Shown: positions 25,740 through 39,470 of the stretch, piece by piece
Position numbering within the stretch: the first letter of the stretch is position 1
Layout: each line of letters begins with the position of its first letter
Origin: Octopus bimaculoides
Lineage: Eukaryota
DNA length: 63,953 nucleotides
NCBI RefSeq assembly: GCF_001194135.2
Contig: NC_068993.1
Coordinates: forward strand, 64,307,362 to 64,371,314
Direction of reading: 5' to 3'
Notes under the pieces: model-generated
Database searches by the model: none
What the model saw: the letters and a program-made list of their open reading frames with translations, nothing else
What the model was told of the DNA's origin: nothing
Position numbers and translations under genes: made by a program

Positions 25740-26400
25740 TTCCTTGCTTCAGCTCGAAAGTTGCGACCATGCTGGGGCACTACAGATGTCGTCTTCTATA
25801 TTATTAGTTCAATCTCTTTCTTCCTACCCCTTTGTTTTATTTATCTTTTCACTACATCAAACGACTCCCTTTTCTACTGCTTCAATTCTCGTTTCTTTTC
25901 TTTCTGCTGACTCCTTCTTTCATTTCTTCTTTCCTTCTTCTTTTCATTTCCTTTCTTCCATTTTGTTTCTCAATTCCTTTTTATAATTCTTCAGTTTTCT
26001 CATTTTCTCATTCATTTTCCCCTCTTCCTTCTCCATTCATTCCGTTTTATTAATTTTTTTTGTCATTTCTCATTTTTCGTGTTACTTTCTTTCCTTCCTT
26101 GTTTCTTTCTTTCTTTTTTTCGTCCTTTCTTTCTACATTCCTTCTTTTGTATTTTTTCCTTTCTTCATTTCTGTTTCTTAATTTATAACTTTTATTCCTT
26201 TTCTGTCCTTTTATTTTATTTATTCCTTTATTTCCTCTTTCTCAATTACGTTTTTTTCTTCCTTTATGAATTTATATCTTCATTTCTTTCACCCCTTTTA
26301 GGGTTTTCGTTTCTCTGTTTTTCCTTCCACATCCTTACATTTCCCTCCCTTTGCTTTTATTTCTCTCTCTTTTTCACTTCTCCTCCCACTCTCTCATAGC
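25740..26400 (+). repeat. About 650-bp low-complexity polypyrimidine tract
   Basis: Strongly C/T-biased + strand with very few purines. Confidence 0.9.
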
Positions 26401-26489
26401 CGCTCTCAGTCCTTCAGTACTGACCCCCGCCACACACACACACACAAACTCACAACTTTAAGGTAATATCTATAAATCAAAATACTCCC

Positions 26490-26740
26490 TAAGCTTTTCC
26501 ATGGAAGATGAAGAGGAAAATCAACCCGACCGGTACTTAAGCTCAGAGTTGGAATTGATTTAAGAGAACACTCGCATGTCAACGTATTTCAAATGAAAGA
26601 TCTTGCATTTTGGGAGAGTTCTGTGACGTATTTAGGTGACAAATTAATATATTCGGACGTCAAAAAGGTGATATGTCTTTCGTCTCTTGGCACTCTGTAT
26701 TCAAGTCCTGCCAACCTCAAATTTCCATTTCATTCTATGT
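26490..26740. mobile_element. Two degenerate SINE family A fragments: 26490-26560 (-) and 26660-26740 (+)
   Basis: aagatgaagaggaaaatcaacccgacc...ctcagag and ctctgtattcaagtcctgccaacctcaaatttccatttcattc resemble family A. Confidence 0.45.
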
Positions 26741-27489
26741 ATGTATGTATGGATGGATGGATGGAAGAATAGATGGATGCTTTTAAGTATGTATGTCTGC
26801 TAGAAGTAGACCCCAAATTCACTCCTATAACATATTTTGGTTGGTTTGAAATCTAGTCGGAAAGTCGACTAGCATCTCAGCAATGAAACTAATGACATTA
26901 ATTTGACACTGACAATTCTTGAGTAGAGAAAGATGCCTGTGCTAGTTGTCTAGTGGAAAGTGACTCAAATTTTGGTCAAGATTTCGGGCTTTTCCATTAT
27001 GCCGGAGTTCTTCTTCATTCAAGTACAACGACCAATAAACCTGAAAGCTTACGTCTTCAAGGATTCTTTATAGATATATTAGAACTCTGAACATCAGTAT
27101 TGTTGTTTTTGTGATTGACTTGGTATTTTTTATGTCGTCATAATTTAAATGTTCTGTTGAGCATATAATCTCAGAACTGACGGAATGGAGAAAAGTGCTG
27201 CTAGTTTTTCCCAAGTACTGCTCTCTACACAAATATGAATATTAAGTAGTTATCTATTTAATCCTTAATTGACACATTAGCATTTAAATCAACTTTAGTC
27301 ATGGACCCAAACAAAACTTTAAAGAACTGTATTCAAAGAACAAGCAATTCTGATCTTATCTACCAATCCTTCACATGTTGCCATTGTATCTTCCAACAGA
27401 ATCTCCAGCAAACAAAATCCTGAGAAGATTTATTATATCTAGTTTAGTAATCTGTCTGATATTTCGGTGCATGTATTTATTTTATTTAT

Positions 27490-27514
27490 TTGTGTGTGTG
27501 TGTGTGTGTTTGTT

Positions 27515-27600
<86 letters not shown>
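27490..27600. repeat. (TG)n microsatellite
   Basis: Directly visible. Confidence 0.97.
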
Positions 27601-27602
<2 letters not shown>

Positions 27603-29389
27603 GCCGACGTAAGATCTATCGTTACGTTGTACCTCTTAATTTACATAATTTAATACCATCCCGGACCGTCATTCCACCTCACCACCATCGTCATCACCAG
27701 CCCCCTCCACGCTATCAATTTTCATTATCTTCCTATTAGAAATCAATATTTAAATAGCGATCCATACAACTGTTAATAACAATTTCGAACTGAAGCACAC
27801 GGCTTGAAACTTGGTGGGAGAGAAACATTTGATAAAGTAGACACCAATATTTAACAAGTCCTTTATTGTAGTGAGTGAGAAGGAGGGACAGCAAAAACAT
27901 ACCACAAGCTCACCCTACATATAATTTTTCCCTATTTGCTGATCTCTACAAAGTCCCATCATACATTCCACCAAATCTTGCGTACGTTAAGTTGCATTTT
28001 GATGAACATGTGTGCAAGGTAATGCGTTATCAAGAAGAGATATTATGTTTGTGAAAGTCAATGGAGTAACCAAGATTTCTGCGAGGCATTAACATACGAT
28101 GAAGAAAAATCACCAAAATCGATTGATGTGAGAGAAAGAGTTGGTGAAACCACATGAGACTGCTGTCTTAGAAGGAAAAACTAAATGAGGATAATGTAGC
28201 CGTTGATACCATGACAGATCCGTCAAAAAATTTCTAAAACTACAAACAGTACCATTTGTTTCCGCCAAAGATGTCTAATATATAGACATGACCTATGTAT
28301 ATTCAACCAATCGATTACTTAAATAGGTACTTGGTGAGCGCAGTGTTTCCGGCAACCCATGGTTTCGTGTAAAAAAGTCTTCACAATTGCTCAAGCGTGA
28401 CACATGGAAGTGCAGGCGTTCGTCCCCATCATCTTTAATGTATATACACCGCCAATAAGCCAGTTGCTACGATATTCCTCATAAGACAACATGGCTTATG
28501 TAGTGTAGTGTGTTAAAAACTTAAGAAATATAGGAGCGATGACCTCCCGCCCACATACGCGCCCCCACGAGCACACGTCACTAGAGACGGAGTTGAAGAA
28601 GATTAACAGTAAAATGGCCAGCCTCATCCAGAATTGAGTTGCAAGCTATCCATGTGCAGTTGAGGTGAGGTCGTGAATATTTACATTATCACAATCATAA
28701 TTTACTGCTGATCACTGTACCTCCGACAATTCCAGTCTGACTGACCTGAAGTTTCTGTACTTCAATCTGCAATCAAAAATTGCATTGCAAATGTCAAGTT
28801 GTTCATCTGCTTTTGCACAAATTTGGAAGACGGTCTCCACATTCTGTAATTGCTAATGCGCAGAAAGACGATGGTAGATGAACAGGTGTGGTTTTCATTT
28901 GTATGACACGTATTTCTATAGCTCGTTCGTTTCTATGATCCAGGGTCAAGAAAAAGCCAAGATTGAAAGACTAGCATCTAAAATATCGTCAGGCAAACCT
29001 CGGCCTCAACACGTAGCGCAATGTGATCACTGAAAGTTCCATTTCAGTAATATATACAAGAATAGCAGCATGTAAATTCGAAAATTTCCTTTCAGAAAAA
29101 TAGCTTTCGATGAGAACGTATAGGTTAGTCACATGGGAAGGAGTTTCAGTAATGGTCTGCAATGAATAATTTCTAGAAATCCTTGTTTGTAGTCTTTAAG
29201 CAGTCACTAGTGGTTTGGGGCAAACTTTCTGGCCTTAAAGTATCGTCCAGCAGATCCGTCCAAAATGCATTCAAAACAACGAAACTGATCTGAACGAATT
29301 CCTTCAAAGTCCAATCACTCTTCTTCAACTAAGGATTTATGGAGTTATATCGAACGAGCTGGTCCTATATTTGAAGGCCAGCCTGTAAT

Positions 29390-29480
29390 GCAGTCGGACA
29401 AACTGTGACTTTCATCCTTTCCTCATCGATAAAATAAGCACCAGTCGAGCACTGGATCGATGCAGTTGACTAGCCACTAC
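29390..29480 (+). mobile_element. SINE family A, 3' half
   Basis: gactttcatcctttcctcatcgataaaataagcaccagtcgagcactggatcgatg. Confidence 0.75.
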
Positions 29481-29522
29481 CTGTCTAAATTTTCAGGCCC
29501 ACTTGGAAAGACCTGTTAATAA

Positions 29523-29524
<2 letters not shown>

Positions 29525-29617
<93 letters not shown>
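29525..29617. repeat. (TAT)n-(TAG)n compound microsatellite
   Basis: Directly visible. Confidence 0.97.
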
Positions 29618-30128
29618 TGTTCATTATCATTGTTATTACATACCTATGTAATAACTTACGGAAACTTATAGTCATGCCTGTATGTATATCCATATGCATN
29701 NNNNNNNNNNNNNNNNNNNNNNNNNNNNNNNNNNNNNNNNNNNNNNNNNNNNNNNNNNNNNNNNNNNNNNNNNNNNNNNNNNNNNNNNNNNNNNNNNNNN
29801 NNNNNNNNNNNNNNNNNNNNNNNNNNNNNNNNNNNNNNNNNNNNNNNNNNNNNNNNNNNNNNNNNNNNNNNNNNNNNNNNNNNNNNNNNNNNNNNNNNNN
29901 NNNNNNNNNNNNNNNNNNNNNNNNNNNNNNNNNNNNNNNNNNNNNNNNNNNNNNNNNNNNNNNNNNNNNNNNNNNNNNNNNNNNNNNNNNNNNNNNNNNN
30001 NNNNNNNNNNNNNNNNNNNNNNNNNNNNNNNNNNNNNNNNNNNNNNNNNNNNNNNNNNNNNNNNNNNNNNNNNNNNNNNNNNNNNNNNNNNNNNNNNNNN
30101 NNNNNNNNNNNNNNNNNNNNNNNNNNNN

Positions 30129-30180
<52 letters not shown>

Positions 30181-31116
30181 ACGTGTACTATTATTACTAT
30201 CTCAATCTGCTGTCTGTATTTAAGTAATGAAAAACTGTTACCTGGCTATAGGTAATGGAGGGAAATTGAGGAAGATGAATTATTCCGCTTAGATAAGTTC
30301 TCACTTACCATTTCATAACCATTCTTCTAGAACCATGATTAATTTATTCTATAACACACTTCTTAACCTAACCAATTATTGTATGGGAAATTCTGCTCTG
30401 CTCACCTACCTGCCATGTAAATTGAGTGAAATGCGAAAGCGTTGAAATGAGTACCGAAATACATACTCGCAAACATACAAACATATGGACACATATGAGA
30501 GTATAGTTGGTCCAGTGTATGGACGTGTGCATATAAAGCGGGGAAAGAAAGAGGGGGGAGCCTTCAAATATATATCTTTTCCCAATACACATAAATTATA
30601 TTTACTTATATAAGTACAGAGAGCTATCATTAGAATCGCATATATCTATTTCTCGTGCATTATATATATATATATACATATATATATAACCACACGTGCA
30701 CACTCACACCTCACACACAAGCACACATACGCACACACAAGCACACACAAACACTCACACACACACAAGCACACACAAACACTCACACACACTAATATCT
30801 GAATTTCTGAGGAGAAGACTTACCATTATTTTACATAGATACAAGCAGAATAGTGTCCTAACCTTGTCATTGTTATTGTCAAAACATTTTGCCCTTAGTA
30901 ATTTCCGGACTTATTCAGGTAGATGGTGCATTCGGTAACAATAGCGCAATTTCCAAGTCCACTTCTTTTATTCAATCTACGACGGTAGAATCATTTGCGC
31001 GCTGCTGTCCATAGAAGAGATATTCTGGTATTTGTTATTCTAATTCTTGTCGAGTTGCTTGCTCTCTCCTCTTGAATCAAACTACACATATAAATAAATA
31101 AATAAATATATATATA

Positions 31117-31612
31117 TGCTTCATAATCTGGACAAAATCTCTAAATACTCTGGAAGAGTTCAATATTCTCCTCAACAACCTACACCCATCTCACCAATTT
31201 ACAAAGGAGATGAGTAGTATCAAATTACCATTCCTAGATATAATGCTCATTAAAAAAGATACCACCATTTCACAGATATATACTATAAACACACAGACAC
31301 ACATCAATACCTGAATTTTTTAAGTCGTGCCGTCCACCACATATAAAGCGCAACATCCCATACTGCCGAGCCAGAAGAATTTGTGCCCTTGTAGAAGATG
31401 CAAATATCAGGAACAAATGCCTAACAGAACTAAGAGTATTTTTGCTCAAACCAAAATGCCCGTCTCTACTTATAGGAAATGGCTTACAGCGGCCTATAAA
31501 AATACCCATACAACAACTGACGATAACCCAAAGAAGAGGAAAACAGGAACAAGCCATACTATTTGTAGTGACACACAACCCATTTCATCAGAATATCTTC
31601 AACATTACCAAA
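31117..31612 (+). mobile_element. Penelope-like element (GIY-YIG class) RT C-terminal/thumb region, 5'-truncated
   Basis: FIIWTKSLNTLEEFNILLNNLHPSHQFTKEMSSIKLPFLDIMLIKK / TDIYYKHTDTHQYLNF / SCRPPHIKRNIPYCRARRICALVED...VTHNP, with frameshifts. It begins immediately after where YxDD would be. Confidence 0.9.
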
Positions 31613-31812
31613 GCAGCTGACATTTCAGAGTTCTTCGCTTTGAAACCAAAAGAGTTTTACATTGATGGGATTAAAAAGCTTGTAAATAGATGGAAGGAAG
31701 TCATAGATAATTAGGGAAAGTACATTGATGATTAAATTTCCATTAAATATAACATTTGATCACTTGTTTTCTTGGTTCAAAATTCGGACAGAACTTATGG
31801 GATGACCTGATA
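31613..31812 (+). mobile_element. Mariner transposase C-terminus and right TIR
   Basis: DISEFFALKPKEFYIDGIKKLVNRWKEVIDN*GKYIDD*, followed by cggacagaacttatgggatgacctga|TA. Confidence 0.9.
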
Positions 31813-31985
31813 GATACATACATACATATATGCATATATATATATATATATATANNNNNNNNNNNNNNNNNNNNNNNNNNNNNNNNNNNNNNNNNNNNNN
31901 NNNNNNNNNNNNNNNNNNNNNNNNNNNNNNNNNNNNNNNNNNNNNNNNNNNNNNNNNNNNNNNNNNNNNNNNNNNNNNNNNNNNN

Positions 31986-32044
<59 letters not shown>

Positions 32045-35019
32045 ATATACAAATACTTACATGCATATGTATGTATGTATGTATGTATATATGCTCGTAT
32101 GCGTATCAGTCTACTGCCCTATCTCAACGATCATGCTAGTTTTCTTGTAGATACAACTGTGTAACACTTCCCAAAGTAATACTAAAATATGAATTAGTTT
32201 ACCGACTTGAAATCTAAGCAAAAAATGCTAAGCAGGCTATAACACGTAATGTTTGAACAGAAATGTGAGATTACATGTTAGAGTAAGCTTCTGTCCTACT
32301 TTAATTCCAATTATATCCTTGTCAAGGACAACAGTGACGCAAATGAAAGGAATCGAAAAGTTTCTCGATTTCGTCTGACCGAGAAATGATCAATTTGTAA
32401 CTCTCTCGCCCCAACCTTTTTCAAATATGTGATTCATTTAAATACTAGCAATCTGAAATTACGTCCAATGAAATAAGTTGATCAGCTTGGCCCGATCGCT
32501 TACGATCTGCGTTCGAATGACGCTGAGCCAACTTTGTATCCCACCTTTTTTTGGTTAAAGAAATAAAGAAATCAGTCGACTACTTGAATAGTTTCAATGG
32601 ATTATTGATGTGTACCGTAGAGTAAATCCGAAATACTTGCTCAGCCAAAGAGTTCCAATCACACTGCTTTTGTAGAGACTGTTGTTACATCTCTAACATT
32701 AGTAGTGCCAAAATGCAATATACACTCGCAACCATTCTATCATTCAATCATGTACATACACCCTCTCCATATTTCTGAGTTTTTCAAAAGAAGATTCCGG
32801 TGCTACTTTCGCGTGTGATCCACCACCTAAGGGGCGATTGCTTTCGCTTACTTTTTAGTTTACTTCCCAATTTCTAAAAGCCGTTAGTATATTGGCCAAA
32901 GATTTTTTGCAATAAATTCTTTTGTACATACTTAGCATTGTAAATGTATTTTTTTCAAATTTCTTACTATTTTAATATTAATAAAACCATGTTTCATTTG
33001 TGTCTTAGTAAATACTAATAAAAAACTAAGAATAAACAATAAAATAATTAACATAAGCTCGTAGTTCACACAAGTTTGGCAGCCGCGAGTTTTACAACGT
33101 AAAGAATCTAAAAGATAAGCTAAAGTAATTGCACTTGAAGTTGTAGATCACAAGTCAAAGTAGCACCATGATTCCTTTTGCGTGGATAATGTCGAAGAAA
33201 AAGAGACACTTAAGAGTTTATGCATATTATTTTCATTGTTCGAACCTCTTTCAGTTATTGGGCTGCGGTCTATATGTCAGTGTATGGCTGAATATATAAT
33301 TAGCCATTGTATATTCTTTATTTATTTTATCAAACGGAGGGCGAGAAAGGATTTATGATGTCAGAACCTACCGCAATGGAGAACTCCTACTTTCGCCCAA
33401 AGACGCAGAGTACTGCGAAATGCCGATAACTCTAGCTAAAGTACGGAGAACGATAGTTGGCCGTACAAGGCACAAATCAGATGGTTGTCATTCGAGATTT
33501 ATACTTAAAGCTATTCGGAGGTATTCTAGCAAACATCAACTGCATCAGGCAGCAGAACAAAACATTTTCCGGTTCTGAGTTGCAAAAGAAGGTGGCCAAC
33601 ACGTACACTACCCCCGTCATATATCACCGTTTGAATGCTGTGCCTTGCCTCAAACGGTAACCTCTGTTCGTTCACTTCTTTTGTTGAAGCGGCCCTTCTA
33701 CTGCCAACACTGTGCGCAAAAGGATTCGGCGTACCGTGGCTTATGAGGCCCAGACATGCATGGAAAAAGCGGTATCCAGAAATATTGTCGGTCAGTACAA
33801 AGATGAAATGCAAATACACATTTGTGTTTTCTCCGACCAAAACAATAGCAGTAAGGTAGAGATTTTTGGCATAGCACGACGAGGCATGGTAAACCCCATC
33901 TCTTGTGTGTCTCCTTGAGTAGGGAGCCATATATCATATATACAATCCTGTTCATCTAACAGTACTAAATTTAAAATGTAGCTGTTGAAGTAGTCAACAT
34001 CTATATAACTCTTAATACATTTCTGGGGTGACATTAGCCAGACAGGTATGCATAGCAGAGTTGAGGACACAGTGTCTTTCTTTACCAAACATAGCCTTCA
34101 TTGTGATCGAATATGTAACTCCATGGTTGCGAGACGAATCTCTTAGACGATCCCACCCCAACATTTCTTGGTGTGTCATTCACCCACAAACCGTTCCTAG
34201 AAATGTCAGAACGTTAGATACGCGTTAGCACATATGCATGTACACTCACATACACATAAATAAAGACCAGTACACACACACTCTTATACTACATTAACTT
34301 ACGCATACCGAAATGCACACATATACACTCCACACGCCTATATTACCCACAAATTCACACACACATGCACGGATGTATATAGACACAGGCATTTATACAA
34401 ACAAATGTATATTCAGCGCACCCATAACATGTGTATATGTGTTTGAGCATACAAATCTGTAGGAGTGTGCGTAACCGTGTATGCTTCGCGCTAAAGTAAG
34501 CAATTAAAAAATGGAAGTTGAAATCCTACTTAATAATAACGTATATAGATGCATATGTCGATATATATGTGTGTGTGTATATATGTATGTTTATTTTAAC
34601 TTAAATTTCCGTTGTTTGACATCGAAATTGCAACGAATATATTGAAGGATCTCGGCCTGGTTTTTAAGGTGTCAAAATTCGGTGCCATTGAGATAATTAC
34701 CTCTGGAAATTATTATATTAGCTTTTGTTTTTCAGTTAAAATATGCAGGGATCTGTTGCAGAAACCACTGATTAAACTGCATTACATTCGCCGTCCATTA
34801 CAGATCTTCATCTGTCAGATATTTCGCTTTCCTACGAACATCCTGTTATTGTTGTTGCCATTATTGCTGCTGTGCAGTTATATTTCTTACATTGTTATTA
34901 TAAGTTCTTTTTTCTTTCATTTTCTATTTTATTTATATATTTATTTATGTATTGTGTTATTATTTTCCAACCTCGTTCCCGTTGCAACATCTGTTCTTCT
35001 GATAGACGCAGGCGTTGCT

Positions 35020-35046
35020 GCTGCCGTTGTTGCTGTTGTTGTTGTT

Positions 35047-35077
<31 letters not shown>

Positions 35078-35100
35078 CTGTTGTTGCTGTTGTTGTTGTT
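35020..35100. repeat. (GTT)n array
   Basis: Directly visible. Confidence 0.95.
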
Positions 35101-35431
35101 GCAGACGGTGTGCTTGATTGCTATCATATATCTGCATTGTATACAATTTTCATTATAGATGTAATTCTGATACGCTTGCTTTTATTATTACTGTTCTTAT
35201 AAAAGACGAAGAGGAGCAGGAACAGTAGGTTGATGAGGATTATGGTGGTGGTGGTGGTGGTGGTGGTGGTTTTCGATGTGATGATGAGGAGCAGGAGTGG
35301 GAAGGAGGAAAGAGAAGAGGAGGGGGATACTGAGAATTTTGATAGTGAGGTTCTGCAATAGTGATAAATTATAATGTTGTGGATACCGGTCTTGTTTATT
35401 TTAATTCGTTTTATGCACATGTTTATACATG

Positions 35432-35473
<42 letters not shown>

Positions 35474-35543
35474 TCTCTCTCTCCCTCTTTGTTTCTATAT
35501 TCATATATATACACATGTATATATATTCTATGTATATACACAC

Positions 35544-35587
<44 letters not shown>

Positions 35588-35679
35588 CTAGATACATACA
35601 TACATACATACATACATACATACATACAAATATATGTATATAGGCATATATGTGTGTCTACATTATTTTAATCTTACTT

Positions 35680-35730
35680 GTTTTAGCACTGAATTGCGGC
35701 CATGCTGGAGCACCGCCTCAAGGGTTTAGT
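35680..35730 (-). mobile_element. SINE family B fragment; also at 25755-25790 and 53180-53220
   Basis: tgcggccatgctggagcaccgcc is identical to the core of the 44145 copy. Confidence 0.75.
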
Positions 35731-35826
35731 CAAACAGCTAAGCGTCAGTGTTTGTTCTAAGGGGTCTATGTTTGGCGACATACTCACAAACACAAAGCTG
35801 TTAATATTATAGGAAGCGCTGGCAAG

Positions 35827-35963
35827 CAGTTTTCGTCAATCTGAATCACTCACAAAGCTTTAATCGGTCCGAGACTAGACAAAAAAAGACTAAGAGGCCA
35901 CGCAGTTGTCCTGAAACCATGTGCTTATGAAGCAAACCGCTACACAACACCACCATTCCTGCA
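35827..35963 (-). mobile_element. SINE family C, degenerate
   Basis: cagttttcgtc...cactcacaaagctttaatcggtccgag...ccacgcagt...aaccatgtg is the reverse of the 25132 copy. Confidence 0.7.
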
Positions 35964-37239
35964 CATCTCATATGTGTCGGGGGGTGCGTGCGTACGTTTG
36001 TGCGTACGTGTGCGTGCCTGCGTGTGTGTGTTCGTGTGATCGCTCGCGCGCGCGCGTGTGTGTGTGTATGTGTGTGTATAGACATTGTCTGGTGTAATAT
36101 CATGCTATTTCCGAATATGCATAGTTTCGAAATGTCCTGTACGAAGCCTATCATTAAACATTTGTTTTATGTACATTGGTTAATAATAATGAAATGACGT
36201 ACTACTTTGTGGCGCACAATCAACCATTGTCCGTTCTTAGTCTTCGCCAGCTCGGAAAGATCAACGCTACCACGTGACCATTTTAAGTAAGGTCAGATAA
36301 ACATTTGCTGCGTGAGTTATTCATGTTATTTGTCTTAAATATTTCCTGTGTTTAGCCTCATAACCATGTCTCCAAATTGAAAATCCGATGTAATTGATGG
36401 TGATACATCAAAGGAATAGGTTACCGCTAAAGACTTAAATTAAAGTGGCAATAAAAAAAAGGCGATCGGAATGGCGGTGGGGAATGTCAATGAATACGGG
36501 AAAATAGGCTTTAGTCGGTTACCGATCGGTATTAATATTAAAGGACAAATTTAGAATAATGGAGCATGTAAAAGGCTCTTCTTCAATGAAAGCCACAATT
36601 ATCACCAAGCAACGATGTGCTTTAATTACTGAAATAGGACGGATCTTGTGAATTCCTTTGAGGAGCTAAATTAGCGTTATATGCCTATTAGCCTTGGTTT
36701 AGAACAAGAAAAGAACCGAAGGCTTTTCAACCATTTAAAAGCTGCACATGCAGTAAATGGATGCGATATAAGGAGGAATTTGTTAAGAGTAGGCTTGGTT
36801 CAATCGTTATAAAAGCTGATAAATTTCCCCAATATTAAAGGGCAATAAAACCCGGCAAGTGCAGAAGTGAGTGATATGAATAAGCTCTCAGAAATAATGA
36901 AAAAAATATCGACGAGCATTATTTGCCATAGAAAATATGTAAAGTAGACGAAAATGGGTTGTTTTGGAATAAACCAGTAGCAGTTTTCTGGAGAAAGCTA
37001 GGATTTATAGTGAAAATATTTTGACGAAGACATTAACAGAAAAAATTGATATCATTTAAAGCCAGGATAGCAAAATTCGAGGTACAAATTCCTTATGCAG
37101 AGATTATGTTACCAAAGTTTTGCAGGTAGTTTCTGATGATCTCAGCTGCAAAAAAAAAAAAAAAAAAAAACCCCACTTAAATCAAAAATTTTGTTGAAGA
37201 TTCTTCTGATATTTATGTTTATTTCAATAAATTGACTAC

Positions 37240-37432
37240 AGAAATAAACCACTCACAGAGAAATCTTTTATTATCCAGCACCTCCAAATTCTCTGTCACC
37301 CCTAAACCTATCATCTCCAGCACCGAGTCTATTCTCTCCAAATCTAAGACCATCGTATTAAACTTAAAGAGAAATCAATCTCAGGTAGAGATGACATTAA
37401 TGAGATCACGAATGGCAACGAAAGAACCATAA
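37240..37432 (+). mobile_element. Possible Penelope-like ORF N-terminal remnant
   Basis: QRNLLLSSTSKFSVTPKPIISSTESIL resembles the ExxLLxKGLxFxxTP...IIxxxE motif upstream of Penelope-like RTs. The match is weak. Confidence 0.3.
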
Positions 37433-37530
37433 CAAACTTAACTGATTGATTAATTGACCAAATGAGTGCTCACGCAGTCGCTCAGTTAATTGGTTAAATT
37501 GATAATGAGTTGGTTAATAATAACTTTTTC

Positions 37531-37690
37531 AATTCGAGGAACAAGACTTGAAATTTTGGAGTAGGAGGGAATCGATTACATCAACCCCATTGCTCAACAC
37601 ATATTTATATCATCGACGCCAAAAGGATGAAAGGCAAAGTCGACCACAACAAAATTTGAACTCAGAACACAAAGACAAACCTAGAAAACC
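37531..37690 (-). mobile_element. SINE family A
   Basis: atcgattacatcaacccc...atcgacgccaaaaggatgaaaggcaaagtcgacc...aatttgaactcagaac. Confidence 0.85.
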
Positions 37691-39470
37691 CAGCTCCCAA
37701 GATACTAGATCCGTTTTAGCAAGAGTTCACATCAAAATCTTGCAAACTAAATACAGGGATGTATGTGCGCGTGCGCATGCTTATACACACACATTAACTC
37801 ACACACATACGCATACACACACACATACATACATACATACATACATGCATAGACACGCACGCACACACACACAGATACACAAACACATACATACAAATAA
37901 AACGTATGTATATGTATGCACCCTTTTAGGTGGAGAAAGTAGATACGAATTGTGTAAAAAGAATCGAGTGACATTAAGAAATCATTCTGTGTAGTTTAGG
38001 TTATTTATTTAATTGAAAGCTGAAATTACAGAGAGCAACTATTAGTATCACATTCTACCGATTTCCAATTAATCAGTTTCATAGATGTTTATGCATAGTT
38101 TTATATAATATCAATAAGCAGATAAGAAATGTATAACTTTTTGATAGAGACAAAATGCTTGAAATTGTATATATGGCGGCGTGTCTTATCAATGTTTACT
38201 CAAGGTATCAGAAGAAATATTTTATTTCTTCGAAATAAACAAACTACAGTTTCTGTTTCAAAAATGCCGTCATCTCTAACATGCAGATACCGTTGTAAAT
38301 GTGTTATTGCAAAAAACAGCGAGTGATCTCCGGTACACTAGTCACCTAGCCTGGCATGATTACAACTCATTCGTGAAACCTTCATCTCAGTTTCACCAAA
38401 GACGGTCTTACAACAGGAATCAAGTGTACTCAATCACCTTGTTTGTTTTTTGAAAAGGTTGCTGATCTTAAATATGAGTGAATTAACAGGTTTGGTTCTA
38501 GAATATGTGTGCTCTCCCAAATGCTTAATTCATGTTTTTTTTTTTTTGTGGGCTTGTCATCTCCGTAATCGAGACCGACATAGTTTACATGAGACAGAAA
38601 ACCACAGCGTCTAATATTCTTTTTAATAACATTATTTACTGCAATGAAATGGAGGAAATATTCCGCTCTGTAACAACCCGTGAACAGGTATTGCGCCAAC
38701 TGTTGAGAAAGGACTGCAAAAGGCGCTTCTGCATATGACGCACATGTGGTAGTGAGGTAGACAAACAGTCACACTTGAAACAAAAGAAATATATATTGTT
38801 TAGACACTTAATATTCGTAAATTAAACCGATGTAGATGGAAATAATTTAAGAATATCAGGTGTCTAAAACAATAATTTGGAGGAATATATTTTGCAGCAG
38901 GTGAAAGTCAAAACAAAAAGAGACCATCATTACAAATTAACATATCGGCAAACCTGTCAGAGACGTGCACATCCTCCGTCGTAGCGTCCTAAATTCAGAT
39001 TTTTAACTGAAACTCAACCATTGAATAATTCGAATACGAGAAACCCAGAATTATAATTCAGGAAGGCTCGGTTTCAAATAAATATCATACGAGACACTAC
39101 TTTTTGTATTCATTTTCCCTCGGTTTGCATTCATATCTCTCCAGTTATCTATTTCTAAACTATATTCGCTAAATATACCTGTATATTCTATTGGAATCCC
39201 AGCATGTGGCTGCATCAATTTCTTCTGCCAACAAAAGAATTATATAATATCAGAAACGTATTACCAATCATGAATTTCTACTGATAGCTGGCTTTACTAT
39301 TATTAAATGGAAAATCTTCAAGCTACAACACTGCTTTAGCTTAGCTTTCAAATACATCAAACTGATGTGGTATATTCTCTTCTCTGCATTAATGAATAGC
39401 ACACAACCAGAGCCGATGGGAATCATTTCTTTTTTTTTATGACAATATGTTTTAAATATTTGTGACTCAC

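Noticed and set aside
26079-26399. Phe/Leu/Ser-rich 'membrane protein' ORFs (also 25744-26053 and 34612-35202)
   Set aside because: The hydrophobicity is a by-product of T-rich low-complexity DNA.
30310-30330. 18-nt microexon KNGYEM before a strong minus-strand gtaagt donor
   Set aside because: The acceptor lacks a pyrimidine tract, and such matches are expected by chance in 64 kb.
38532-38738. GPCR TM7-like string SNILFNNIIYC...FR
   Set aside because: The NPxxY proline is absent, spacing to a TM6-like motif is too short, and there are no other TM segments.
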